Shown here piece by piece: positions 1-11,986 of a DNA stretch of 56,511 nt. The notes below the pieces were generated by a model. That model was not told where the DNA came from. It searched no databases and was given only the letters and a program-made list of their open reading frames with translations. A program made the translations under genes and the position numbers. Position 1 is the stretch's first letter. Each line of letters starts with the position of its first letter. Source of the stretch: Macrostomum lignano (taxonomy: Eukaryota); NCBI GenBank assembly GCA_002269645.1, contig NIVC01001108.1, forward strand, positions 1 through 56,511. Direction: 5' to 3'.

Positions 1-854
1 CATAATCCTTCAAGTCAGGATTAGTCTTTGATTTTTGTTAAATGAATGTCATCCAGAGCTGTTCCAGAAAGAGAACTGCCTGAGAACTTTCAGAACCCGA
101 CCTAACACTGGGAGTGCTTCTGATCTCGGGCTAGTTAGTTAGTTAATGCTGTCTTAATTCAGATTCTAATTGCAGTTGGCAGCTTGGCTCAGCCAGCTCA
201 AACGAGATTCGCTTAACTCCACCTTAGCTGCAGTCAAAGACTTTGAACTAAAAGAGCTCCAACTGCTGAGAACAGTATAAGGCTGCATTACATTGCTAGG
301 CTAGGGTTAGGTCAAGTGTATTTTTTTCTAATAATTTCCATGCTTGCGTCTCTCTCTGTGTGTGTGTGCATTTGCAACTCGCAGCTTATTGGGAAGAAGA
401 AATTATATAGTACTTTTTAGCAGCCGGACAGGATAAAACTTGTGCCAAGACTTCGTTCGTTCAAACGTCTTCCTTGCCCCAGCAGAGCTCGAGAGTTCGC
501 GGGCTAAATGAGCGCAGTGAATGAAGCGTGCTTGAGGGGTTGCAATGCTAAGCTACAGTCAGTTACTCTAGGAAGGATTGCTACGGACACGTATTTGATG
601 TGTTGCAGCCTTTCAAAAAATATTTCGTAAAATTAAGATTTAGCTACAGTTGGTGTTTATGCGCGTAGCTTACTACTTGAAAAAGCGTCCGTTAAGAAAT
701 GTACAAAGAGAATATCGAATTTTAAATGATACGTGTAGATGTGTCATGAGGCAGAAAGGCTGTTTGACACCCGGATACAGCAGGGAGCCGTCGTCGTTCA
801 TTCAAGCTAACCCCTCCAGAGAGTCCAGGAGTGTGGACATGGTTTCTCGTCAGG

Positions 855-1115
855 GTCCAGAGGTGGATGGTCTCTTTTCCTGGGGTCCATGAGGTGGATG
901 GTCTTTCGTCCGGGGATCCAGAGGTGGATGATCTCTCGTCCGGGTGTTCATGAGGTGGATGGTCTCTCGTCCGGGTGTTCATGAGGTGGATGGTCTCTCG
1001 TCCGGGTGTTCATGAGGTGGATGGTCTCTCGTCGGGAGTCCACGAGGTGGATGGTCTCTCGTCCAGGTGTTCATGAGGTGGATGGTCTCTCGTCCGGTGT
1101 CCATGAGGCGGATGG
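855..1115. repeat. 31-bp minisatellite (GAGGTGGATGGTCTCTCGTCCGGGTGTTCAT), ~8 copies
   Basis: Tandem units read directly; explains ORFs 722..982 and 979..1191. Confidence 0.9.
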
Positions 1116-1269
1116 TAAGTACAGGGACGCTACTCAATATACTAAGAAATGAGCCGGAGGCCTGTAGGAAACGTACGTACAGTTGTCCCACCGCAAGTGC
1201 ATTTACCGGTACATATAGTATGCTTTAGAGAGAAATCAATTTTTAGCACAGATTTCTCACGCCCAAAAT

Positions 1270-1440
1270 TGTCTATGGCCAGACCCCATTCGGCAAGGGT
1301 GCTGTTCTAGCGAGTTTGTCAGCGTCAAAGGGTCTCGGCGTTGTAAAACAGGACGGTGTCGACCACCGCTTGGAACAACCCAGCCCTCTGGCGGCTGGGC
1401 AGGGCCACGGTTTAAAGTACCAACGAAAAACGATGGAGAC
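1270..1440 (-). mobile_element. Degenerate RTE-clade non-LTR retrotransposon fragment (region C-terminal of RT)
   Basis: Minus strand reads ALPSRQRAGLFQAVVDTVLFYNAET, then after a frameshift TLTNSLEQH. This resembles the LFxAxVxxVLLYxAETWTLT motif of RTE LINEs. Stops and frameshift present. Confidence 0.6.
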
Positions 1441-2655
1441 TTTGCCTATAAGACTGCTATTATTCGACTATAGTGCAAACATCCCGTACTCAAAGCGTAT
1501 ATACTTTTCTATTTTTAAATGTACTTTTGGCAAATTTTAAACTATCTGAATTACCCAAAATCACGTTTACCCTGCTCAACCCTACTGATTCTGATGGCAA
1601 CTTGCAATTTGGCATGAGGTACAGTGAAAAATATGAAAATTTTATCGATATTGGTCAAATAATTTATGTAGACTATGATTATTGACAAGCAGATTTCCCC
1701 ATAAAAAATTTAATCGATAATTCACTTTTCATAGCATATACACGTAGGATTACGTCTACAAGTAACTCTGGAACTTCCTGGAAACGTTTGGAAACGTTCC
1801 TCAGGCGGGCAGCGTTTATACTGCAAGATTACATGACTATATGTATATTGTTCGGGCCAAGGGCGAGCAGCATAGACACAAGGAAGTGTAATCTCCGGTA
1901 AGTCAGCAGCAGTACCACCTTTCCTATTGTCTGACGCTCGCTCAACCATAACTATAGTCCTCAGACTTACGTGGTGCATTATACCTACATCGATTCCCCG
2001 TCACACCGTAGGAGATGAGTATTCCACAATTTTACATCCCAAATCACGCGTCTTTATTGAGAATCTTTTTTGATTGCAACTTTGTCGAATTGAGAGCTGT
2101 TTTAGTTCTGAAAAGGTGGAGGATCAAAAACCCAGTGTTTGATGATACGAATAAATGCTGTTTTATGACTGAACTTCTGTGACCTTCAATAGAAACGGAC
2201 TAACCTTTTTGCATAAATCGTCGATGTAGGTTAGGTTTTGTAACTGCTCTTGGTATCTTATTGAGCTATGTATTATTAGCTGTTCGATGCTTAATTCAGC
2301 TTCATGGTAATTGTTGGATTCGGCATTCTGTGTAACTTTTGTGGCCTTAGTACAAGTCTGTCTTTCTAGAATATTTGTCACCGTCTATTAGTGTTGAATA
2401 CTGCAGTAATGCAACCCCTTTTTTGCGCTCCTATGTTAGCTACTGAGCGCTTCGGAAGGCAGCCAATGCGAGTCGCTAGCCTTCGTAGATCAAATCATAA
2501 AAGTGTTCACAAGTCAGCTAATCAGATCAGACGTGAAGATTCCTATTTAAATTCAGCCGCAACCCCTAGGTAATCGTTTATCAACAGCCATTCAACAGTG
2601 TTAAACTTCGTCCAAGGGATAGTAAATAATCAGAGCATAAACAAACAAAACAATC

Positions 2656-3393
2656 ATGAAGACGCAAATTTTAACTTTTTTAATCATCAAACAGCTGGTG
2701 TCAGTCTGGGCGCAGACGTGCCCTGATCCGTTTAGCCTGGAAGGTGACAAATGCCTGTTCGTGAGCACATCGAAGAAGCACACCTGGTGCTCGGCTTATC
2801 AGAAGTGCGCGTCAATCGGAGGTGAGCTCGTCAACTCGTTCGAGTCGATTCTGCTGCTAAGTGGCATGCCGATTCTTGACTGTTTCTGCATTGTGTGGCT
2901 CGGAGTGACCGACCTGGCCGATGAGAGAGGCTCCAGCAAGTCGGGCTGGCAACGCATTAACGGAAACGGCATCCTGCCTTTGAACGATACCATATGGAGC
3001 GATAATGATCCAAATTTCGGTGCGGTAGAGAACTGCATCACGCTTGTCTTTGGCAAAATCGCCAACCGAAAGTGCTCGGAGAAGTTCGGACTGGCGTGCG
3101 AGTGGACTCCGAGTCCGACAGTCGACCCGCTGCCACCACCAACTCATGCCAATTGGCAGCTGACGGAGTTCAAGCGCAGCATCTGCCATGAGAGCACGGA
3201 GTACTGCCACACTGACCTGCTGCAGGTGAAGAACTCAATGCACTGCGTTGCGGCCGGCATGCGTGCTGGCAACTGCAGACACGTGCTGTACAACAGCAAG
3301 CTGAGAACTTGCCGTCTTCTGCTGTTCACCGACGCTCAGGTGGAGGAGGAGATCGAGACGAGCGCCGACTGGGTGAAGTTTTCTCTGCCCTGA
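2656..3393 (+). CDS. Secreted C-type lectin domain protein with C-terminal PAN/apple-like domain, single exon, 245 aa
   Basis: Hydrophobic N-terminal signal (MKTQILTFLIIKQLVSVWA); CTLD motifs CPDPF..C, CASIGGELV, VWLG, WSDNDPN, ENC, C..ACE; Pro-rich linker; HC..C..C...YNSKLRTCRLL pattern typical of PAN/apple. Confidence 0.88.
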   Translation: MKTQILTFLIIKQLVSVWAQTCPDPFSLEGDKCLFVSTSKKHTWCSAYQKCASIGGELVNSFESILLLSGMPILDCFCIVWLGVTDLADERGSSKSGWQRINGNGILPLNDTIWSDNDPNFGAVENCITLVFGKIANRKCSEKFGLACEWTPSPTVDPLPPPTHANWQLTEFKRSICHESTEYCHTDLLQVKNSMHCVAAGMRAGNCRHVLYNSKLRTCRLLLFTDAQVEEEIETSADWVKFSLP

Positions 3394-3709
3394 GCAGGAT
3401 CGACGGTCGGGTCTCAACTGCGGCTGATCTCACGACTTGATTGTCAGCGATTGACATAAACTTATGAGCAAAAATATTTACTAAACAAGTTATTCTTTAA
3501 GGTAAATTAACACGGCCACAGTACGAGGATATCAAAGTCCTAACTATCTAAAATACATTGAAAACTATGTCGCAAGTCTCTGCGCAGGTTTGGCCAGAGA
3601 ATATCTTTTGAAAACAGGGTCGTCAGCACTCACTGATGAGCAGCCCATTGTAGCCAGCCTCCAGCAGCTGTGCAAATAAGTCTGTCTCTACAGATATACC
3701 TGCCGGTCC

Positions 3710-3962
3710 CTCTGTAGCTGGCGCCCCCTTCTATAGCTGGCGCCCCCTCTGTAGCTGGCGCCGCCTCTGTAGCTGGCGCCCCTTCTGTAGCTGGCACTCC
3801 CTCTGTAGCTGGCGCTCCTTCTGTAGCTGGCACCCCCTCTGTAGCTGGCACCCCCTCTGTAGCTGGCGCTCCCTCTGTAGCTGGCACTCCCTCTGTAGCT
3901 GGCACCCCCTCTGTAAGATAGCTGGCGCCCCCTTTGTAGCTGGCGCCCCCTCTGTAGCTGGG
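3710..3962. repeat. 18-bp minisatellite (CTGTAGCTGGCGCCCCCT), ~14 copies
   Basis: Tandem units read directly. Confidence 0.9.
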
Positions 3963-4361
3963 CCAAATATATAATTTTGTTGCTCGAGTGACCAAGGTTA
4001 GTGAAAAACCTTGAAAAAATTCATAAAGCAGTCAACGTTGTTGACATATAAAAATGTCAAAGTGAATTGTGTTTTATTGTACTTAGAGAAAATGGTACCC
4101 ATTGTTCTTGGAGAAGTTTTTCAGATGACGAATAAAACGGAAATATCTTGCATGAAATTTTCCTTACTCTAGGATAAATCTGAATGCCTCAAAGGGCAAT
4201 AAGACTTTTTGTAAAAGGAACCACTAGCTGCATACGGGAAGCAGAAACTGAACAGAATTGTATCAGAGAGAGAGAAATTTGCATCTTCAGTGAATAGCTG
4301 GAACGGAAAAAACTGCTTTTTGTGTCCTTTTTTGTTCTGCAACATTTTGCAACAATGGCTG

Positions 4362-4995
4362 AGTCAAGGCTCATGGGGAGAATTGCTGAGACGTCAAGGT
4401 TCATTGGGAGAATTGCTGAGATGTCGAGGCTCATGGGGAGAATTGCTGAGATGTCAAGGTTCATTGGGAGAATTGCTGAGATGTCGAGGCTCATGGGGAG
4501 AATTGCTGAGATGTCAAGGCTCATGGGAGAATTGCTGAGATGTCAAGGCTCATGGGGAGAATTGCTGAGATGTCGAGGCTCATGGGGAGAATTGCTGAGA
4601 TTTCAAGGCTCATGGGGAGAATTGCTGAGATGTCAAGGCTCATGGGAGAATTGCTGAGATGTCGAGGCTCATGGGAGAATTGCTGAGATGTCAAGGTTCA
4701 TTGGGAGAATTGCTGAGATGTCGAGGCTCATGGGGAGAATTGCTGAGATGTCAAGGCTCATGGGGAGAATTGCTGAGATGTCAAGGCTCATGGGGAGAAT
4801 TGCTGAGATGTCGAGGCTCATGGGGAGAATTGCTGAGATTTCAAGGCTCATGGGGAGAATTGCTGAGATGTCAAGGCTCATGGGGAGAATTGCTGAGATG
4901 TCGAGGCTCATGGGGAGAATTGCTGAGATGTCAAGGCTCATGGGGAGAATTGCTGAGATGTCAAGGCTCATGGGGCGAATTGGTGAGATGTCAAG
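4362..4995. repeat. 30-bp minisatellite (GGGGAGAATTGCTGAGATGTCAAGGCTCAT), ~21 copies
   Basis: Tandem units with 29-bp variants. Confidence 0.95.
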
Positions 4996-6338
4996 TCTAC
5001 AAAGATGGTCTAGCAGAGGGACTTCGTTGCCGAACACCACACAAAGTTTGGTGTGGTGAGGACATGTGAAGCAAATGCAAGATCTCTACAGAGTGACACT
5101 AGTTCCTGTGAATGAGCTCCATGCATTCTTACTGCATACAACAATCAGTTCACCATTCAAACCTTAGTAAAGACCTTCAGAATCGACAAAAGTTTTTGTC
5201 AAGTTCAACTGACCAAAAAAAAATGGAAAGATTTGGACAACGCGAAACGCATTTATAGCATCGTCACTGCAGTCGAAGTGCAAGCTGCTGAAGGAAACTG
5301 TCAATAATAGCACAGCAGCGCATCTGACAAGAAAGTTTTTAAACATCTAATATATTGTCTACTAGCTAATGACATATTGTGAGCATATACCAAAACATTT
5401 ATGACATACTTGTAGGTATCATCATTTATAATAAATAACTGGACCTATCCAAGATCATAAATTTCTTACGATTTAGTTAAAAATACTCACAAAATAAATA
5501 CAAACACATTAACATTTGCTTTAGTTTACTTACCCAATTCGCGTAGGAATCTATCAATCAAACACTAGTGCGAGTATAGACTGACTATATTGTTGTTTTA
5601 TGCAACAAAGAGAAACAGCTCAAACATAAATGCTATACTCTACAGCACATCAATCTATTATCAATCTATTATATATATACTGTACCTTCTGCCAAATCGT
5701 CACTAAGCCTACAGGCCGTAGACTATTAGCTCGTGTTACTTGTATTTATCATACACGACTATAAAACTTGTGTTGCAGCCATCGAGCGTTTTTTCTATGG
5801 TTCAGCAGGCACTTAGCCCGGTCCATTCAACCACTTCGTTCCGTAACGGCCGGGTTAGCCATAGGGGGTGGGTGTGAGGGAATGGGGCAGGAGGTGTCAA
5901 CGATTTCAAGCCCTCATTCATGCCTCCTGGTCTCCTCATGGTCTCCTCGGTAGGAGACGCGATTCAGGTCATTCCACGGTGACCTCACCCCCAAGCAACA
6001 CATTGTAGAAAACATAACAAGTGTAAGCAGATCAGTAGTATATACGCAAATGCTAGATATTATTTTCTAACATATTTATTATTGTAGCCAACTCTAATTC
6101 AAAATAGTTTTACCATGAAACAAGAAAAACTACTTTTTATGCAGTCAGGCTCCGAGATTTTAAGACAGACATGAACTGAAAAGAATTCACGCGTATGGAA
6201 CTGCTGAGAGGGCCTGGCTCTTTACTAATTCTGGATTTTCAGTTGGTGATGATAATGGATCTTCAGCTAGTTAATATTTGCTGCGCATACTAGTGCTAAT
6301 CAGTATTTTCAAGTCGTCCGTCACACGGGCCAGCTTCA

Positions 6339-9300
6339 TCACCAGCGTCTCCCACGGGACGCAGAGCTCCGGAACGAGGCTCTGAACTCAGTAGACCTGG
6401 TGCCACCTGCGCCGGTGGCCCTCTCGGCCAGGTAGCTGTCATAATTGGCCGATATTTTGCCCAGTTCGGCGCGTAGATTCTCCTCGAAATGCGACATCGA
6501 TTCGTTGTCGGTGTCTCGCCGGCCTGGGATTAGCGGGATTGAATTTTTACTTCGGAGTCTTGTTCATGTGCAGAAGACTCTATACTCTATCTGACAATCT
6601 ACCTTACACCAGGGTCTTTAGCAACAGGGGCTTTAGCACCAGGGGCTTTAGCACCAGGGGCGCCAGCACCAGGGGCTTTAGCACCAGGGGCGCCAGCACC
6701 AGGGGCGCCAGCACCAGGGGCGCCAGCACCAGGGGCTTTAGCACCAGGGGCTTTAGCACCAGGGGCGCCAGCACCAGGGGCTTTAGCACCAGGGGCGCCA
6801 GCACCAGGGGCGCCAGCACCAGGGGCGCCAGCACCAGGGGCGCCAGCACCAGGGGCGCCAGCACCAGGGGCGCCAGCACCAGGGGCGCCAGCACCAGGGG
6901 CGCCAGCACCAGGGGCGCCAGCACCAGGGGCGCCAGCACCAGGGGCGCCAGCACCAGGGGCGCCAGCACCAGGGGCGCCAGCACCAGGGGCGCCAGCACC
7001 AGGGGCGCCAGCACCAGGGGCGCCAGCACCAGGGGCGCCAGCACCAGGGGCGCCAGCACCAGGGGCGCCAGCACCAGGGGCGCCAGCACCAGGGGCGCCA
7101 GCACCAGGGGCGCCAGCACCAGGGGCGCCAGCACTTGGAATCATTGGGAGAACAATAGAAGCGTCTAATGCTACTAATGCAGTAGTCTATCAACCTAGAT
7201 GTAAAATGCTTTATTAAATTTTTAACTTACTACTAGCATATAGAGCGCTGTAAGTAGTGGTACCAACAGCTCCTCCAGAGCCAATCGAAGACAGATAGTC
7301 CTCGAACTGCTCGTACTGATGACGCTGCGTTGATTGCAGTGCCGGCCGGAAACTCACGGCCGACAGTTCGGGATGATAGCGCCGACTTCCAGCCAAGACA
7401 GACCCCGATAGCTGACGCCCTCGGGCGTTCCGATAACTGCAGTTGCTTTCCTTATTGAGTAGGAATATTTTATGACAGTTTCATTAAAAAAACACCAATT
7501 TTGTGGTGTGGCATTAAGACGGTTTTTCAAGCGTAGCTGTTTATTGGAATGACCAAAATATATACCTGAGGTCTCCTCGGTAGGAGACGTGATTCAGGTC
7601 ATTTCACGGTGCCCTCACCCCACGGTGACCTCATCCCACGGTGACCTCACCCCACGGTGATCTCATCCCACGGTGACCTCAGCCCACGGTGATCTCAGCC
7701 CACGGTGCCCTCACCCCACGGTGCCCTCACCCCACGGTGACCTCAGCCCACGGTGATCTCAGCCCACGGTGCCCTCATCCCACGGTGACCTCACCCCACG
7801 GTGACCTCATCCCACGGTGACCTCATTCCACGGTGCCCTCACCCCACGGTGACCTCAGCCCACGGTGATCTCATCCCACGGTGACCTCACCCCACGGTGA
7901 CCACGGTGTATAAAATTGTGAGCAGGACAGCTCAGCGCCGCTTCCCGAGAAGCGAAGTTGAGAGTTTAATAGACGGCTTACCAATTTTATTTTCTCCAAT
8001 TCTTCAAGCTGATACCGGAGCCTTTTGGCCACATCAATGGCTGCTTGGCAGACAAGACGGGCTGGCACCAGTCCCTTGTCCAGGGCCCGCTGTAGAATGG
8101 CTTCGCTGCATCTGTTCAGATCCAGGGCATCGAATACTTGCTGACGCTCTGACTCGGGCGGCAACGGATCAGCTGGGGGATCACAGTATGTATTCAGAGA
8201 TTAACAGCATAGGGATTATTGACGAATTCGAATAATCCTTGGAAACGTCTTTAGCAGTCAGTCATTCACAAACCAATCCTTTACAAACCAATCCTTCACA
8301 AACCAATCATTCACACACCAATCATTCACAAACCAATCCTTTACAAACCAATCCTTTACAAACCAATCCTTTACAAACCAATCCTTCACAAACCAATCCT
8401 TTACAAACCAATCCTTCACAAACCAATCCTTTACAAACCAATCCTTCACAAACCAATCCTTCACAAACCAATCATTCACAAACCAATCCTTTACAAACCA
8501 ATCCTTCACAAACCAATCATTCACAAACCAATCCTTTACAAACCAATCCTTCACAAACCAATCCTTCACAAACCAATCCTTCACAAACCAATCCTTCACA
8601 AACCAATCCTTCACAAACCAATCCTTCACAAACCAATCCTTCACAAACCAATCCTTCACAAACCAATCCTTCACAAACCAATCCTTCACAAACCAATCCT
8701 TCACAAACCAATCCTTCACAAACCAATCCTTCACAAACCAATCCTTCACAAACCAATCCTTCACAAACCAATCCTTCACAAGCAGACTGCCTCACCAGAG
8801 AGCAGAGCCTCGGCCGCCTCGTACAGAGTGTCGTGGCTGGTCCGATAGTCTGGCGACATGCTGGCTGCCAGTTTGACAAAGTCGGCCACAGGAAGCCCCC
8901 CAGCCCGGGCCAGATCCAGCAGGTGACAGTCAATCACGCACGAGAGGACTTCGGGCACAACGCCGTCATTTTTCACAGTGTTCTCCACAATCTCGCACAG
9001 TACAGGGGCCGGCGTGTCTCTGAGTTCGTCCTGGGTGAAGCGGTGCAGCGCGCCGCCCGCAAGTTGCAGCAGTTTGGCGCGACACTCCGGGCTGGCCGTC
9101 TCGCTAACGCGAAGCGCTCGTCGAATCCAATCGGCATTGATCGACTCGGACAGCGGCGTGTCGGCTGGCAGGGCGAGAATCACCCTGTCGAGTACTTCGA
9201 CGCCGGATTCTCTGGTTAACTGTTCACTGGATTTTTCGTCGGCTTGTTTATCCACTCGGTCGTCGTGGTCCTCTTCCTGGTCTTTGTGATCATCTTTTTC

Positions 9301-10173
9301 CGCGTCGGCCTCGCGCTCCGGTGGCGTTGGCGCCTGCTGCGGCGGGTTCAGGTGCCGGCTGAATGCCTGATCCAGGTAGCGGGCGGCCAGCTCAGCCAGC
9401 GGTCGTCGACGCAGATGGGCGTTCGTTTCGGCTTTCAACTCGTCCTCTGTAGTAGCGGCAGCCGCGGCTGAAGACGATTCTGACGGGCAGACAGCTTGGA
9501 TCAGTTGAAGGAATCGAGGCAACGGCAGGCTCAGCAGATGATTCTCAGTGTCGCGCTGCTGCTGCTGCTGCTGTCTGCTGGAGTACGGAGAAGAGAAGAC
9601 GCGGTAGTGGTGATGGTGCCGGTAGAAGTGCTCGTCACTATCAGAGCTGAGCGCGGCAGCGGCAGCCGCCGAAGCCTCTGCCCGATGCCAGATGTCCAGC
9701 AGCGCGGCGAGACACCTCTCTGGGAGTTTCGTTTCGTCAGTTGGCCGACCGACGGAGCCGCAGCTGGTCAGCAGGTCGACAATGGGGCCGGCCGATTGGC
9801 CAACCTTGGCCGAATCAAGCAGCTCGCTGAGGTACCGGTCGGTCAGGTCGGCCAGGTTGCCTCGGCCGCGCATTGCCAGCCGTTCGGCCGCGCAGTGCAA
9901 TTGGACGACATTGTCCGGCGAGATGTCGATTCGTTTGTTGTAGCAGAAATCGGCAATCAAGTTGAAGCAGTCGGCCCCGCCGGGAAAGTCCGATTCGAGT
10001 TCGAGCTCCGACACACTGGAATCGGCCAGGAGTTCGCGGAATCGGTCAGATTTGATGAAGAGCGGGAACCGGTGCAGCTTCCACTCAGATTTGACGCCGT
10101 CAGCGGCAAGTCGGACCGTGAGGTCGGACAGTTCGCCAGAGTCTCGGTAGCGGACAAGATCTTGGACTGGCAT
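6339..10173 (-). CDS. BTB/POZ + NPH3-domain (NRL, NPH3/RPT2-like) protein, 4 exons, ~657 aa
   Basis: Exons 10173-8796, 8172-7982, 7450-7231, 6523-6339; GT..AG with matching phases 1,0,1 (exon 3 acceptor is a weaker AAG). BTB motifs SDLTV..WKLHRFPLFIKSDRF and FPGGADCFNLIADFCY..ISPDNVVQLHCAAERLAM match plant NRL consensus (FHLHKFPLLSKSG; PGGAEAFELAAKFCY..NVAALRCAAEYLEM). HDTLYEAAEALL and FDALDLNRCSEAILQRA..VPARLVCQ match the NPH3-domain end; coiled-coil follows. Confidence 0.85.
6607..7133. repeat. 15-bp GC-rich minisatellite (AGCACCAGGGGCGCC), ~35 copies, intron 3 of the NPH3-like gene
   Basis: Tandem units read directly. Confidence 0.97.
7605..7908. repeat. 16-bp minisatellite (CACGGTGACCTCACCC), ~19 copies, intron 2 of the NPH3-like gene
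   Basis: Tandem units read directly. Confidence 0.95.
8262..8781. repeat. 15-bp minisatellite (ACAAACCAATCCTTC), ~34 copies, intron 1 of the NPH3-like gene
   Basis: Tandem units begin ~15 nt from the splice donor. Confidence 0.97.
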
Positions 10174-10671
10174 GGCTGCAGCTCTCGCAGTCTGTCCTGT
10201 GGGTCGCTCTGTTGAACAGACAGAGGCAGGGATAATATGACAGGGAAGAATGAAAGAACGGGCAGAAGAGGAGCAGCAGGAAGAGGTGGGCTGAGAGAGC
10301 TGCCAAGGAGACCTTGTCTAAATCTAGACTTAAGTCATATTTTCATAAATACACACAAATTAATTATCACAATTAGCGGTTTGGCTTAACCCATGATTGA
10401 GCTAGTTGAGCTAGTGCTGATGGAAGCCTTGACAAACTTCTAGTAAAATTAAAATTAGGAATATAAATTAACTAGCTTTCATTTTAGTCTACAGTTGTCA
10501 CTCCAAGTTCTGGTGCTAGATCTCCATGCTCAATTTCCAAACCAATATTCTTCTTCACCTGTGCATTCTAAACTGTACTTTTTTCTATAGGGGAGCGGGG
10601 GGTAAAAACGGAAAAATGTCGTTCCCACGGGAACAGAGTCCGTGCGCTGTACACTCGCTTTCACAATTGAT

Positions 10672-10677
<6 letters not shown>

Positions 10678-10712
<35 letters not shown>
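10678..10712. repeat. (GA)n microsatellite
   Basis: Direct. Confidence 0.9.
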
Positions 10713-10715
<3 letters not shown>

Positions 10716-10807
10716 TGCAATCCCAGGTGTAGCTGGCAACAGAGCTTTCAGGGTCTTCCTAACGATCCTAGGTAAGAGGCTGCCTTGAGATTAGTGATTT
10801 TTCTGCT

Positions 10808-11986
10808 TAGTGTGTCAGGATTGACGATTAGTGAGTCAGGATTGACGATTAGTGAGTCAGGATTGACGATTAGTGAGTCAGGATTGACGATTAGTGAGTC
10901 AGGATTGACGATTAGTGAGTCAGGATTGACGATTAGTGAGTCAGGATTGACGATTAGTGAGTCAGGATTGACGATTAGTGAGTCAGGATTGACGATTAAT
11001 GAGTCAGGATTGACGATTAGTGAGTCAGGATTGACGATTAGTGAGTCAGGATTGACGATTAGTGAGTCAGGATTGACGATTAGTGAGTCAGGATTGACGA
11101 TTAATGAGTCAGGATTGACGATTAGTGAGTCAGGATTGACGATTAGTGAGTCAGGATTGACGATTAGTGAGTCAGGATTGACGATTAATGAGTCAGGATT
11201 GACGATTAGTGAGTCAGGATTGACGATTAGTGAGTCAGGTTTGACGGTTAATGAGTCAGGATTGACAATTAGTGAGTCAGGATTGACGATTAGTGAGTCA
11301 GGATTGACGATTAATGAGTCAGGATTGACGATTAATGAGTCAGGATTTACAATTAGTGAGTCAGGATTGACGATTAGTGAGTCAGGATTGACGATTAGTG
11401 AGTCAGGATTGACGATTAGTGAGTCAGGTTTGACGATTAATGAGTCAGGATTGACAATTAGTGAGTCAGGATTGACAATTAGTGAGTCAGGATTGACGAT
11501 TAATGAGTCAGGATTGACGATTAATGAGTCAGGATTGACGATTAATGAGTCAGGATTTACAATTAGTGAGTCAGGATTGACGATTAGTGAGTCAGGATTG
11601 ACGATTAGTGAGTCAGGATTGACGATTAGTGAGTCAGGATTGACGATTAATGAATCAGGATTGACAATTAGTGAGTCAGGATTGACGATTAATGAGTCAG
11701 GATTGACGATTAATGAGTCAGGATTTACAATTAGTGAGTCAGGATTGACGATTAATGAGTCAGGATTGACGATTAATGAGTCAGGATTAACGATTAGTGA
11801 GTCAGGATTGACGATTAGTGAGTCAGGATTGACGATTAGTGAGTCAGGATTGACAATTAGTGAGTCAGGATTGACGATTAATGAGTCAGGATTGACGATT
11901 AGTGAGTCAGGATTGACAATTAGTGAGTCAGGATTGACGATTAGTGAGTCAGGATTGACAATTAATGAGTCAGGATTGACGATTAT
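10808..11986. repeat. 21-bp satellite (GTGAGTCAGGATTGACGATTA), ~56 copies
   Basis: Tandem units; nearly every one contains TGAGTCA. Confidence 0.97.

Noticed and set aside
2163-2381. 72-aa minus-strand ORF that looks protein-like
   Set aside because: No recognisable motif or splice context; cannot be supported.
6539-7193. ORFs with STRGA, GAPGA or WRPWC repeats (collagen/elastin-like look)
   Set aside because: Read-through of a 15-bp intronic minisatellite that is open in several frames; it lies inside intron 3 of the NPH3-like gene.
8239-9943. Plus-strand ORFs 8239..9219 and 9496..10215
   Set aside because: Satellite read-through plus antisense shadow of the GC-rich NPH3-like exon.
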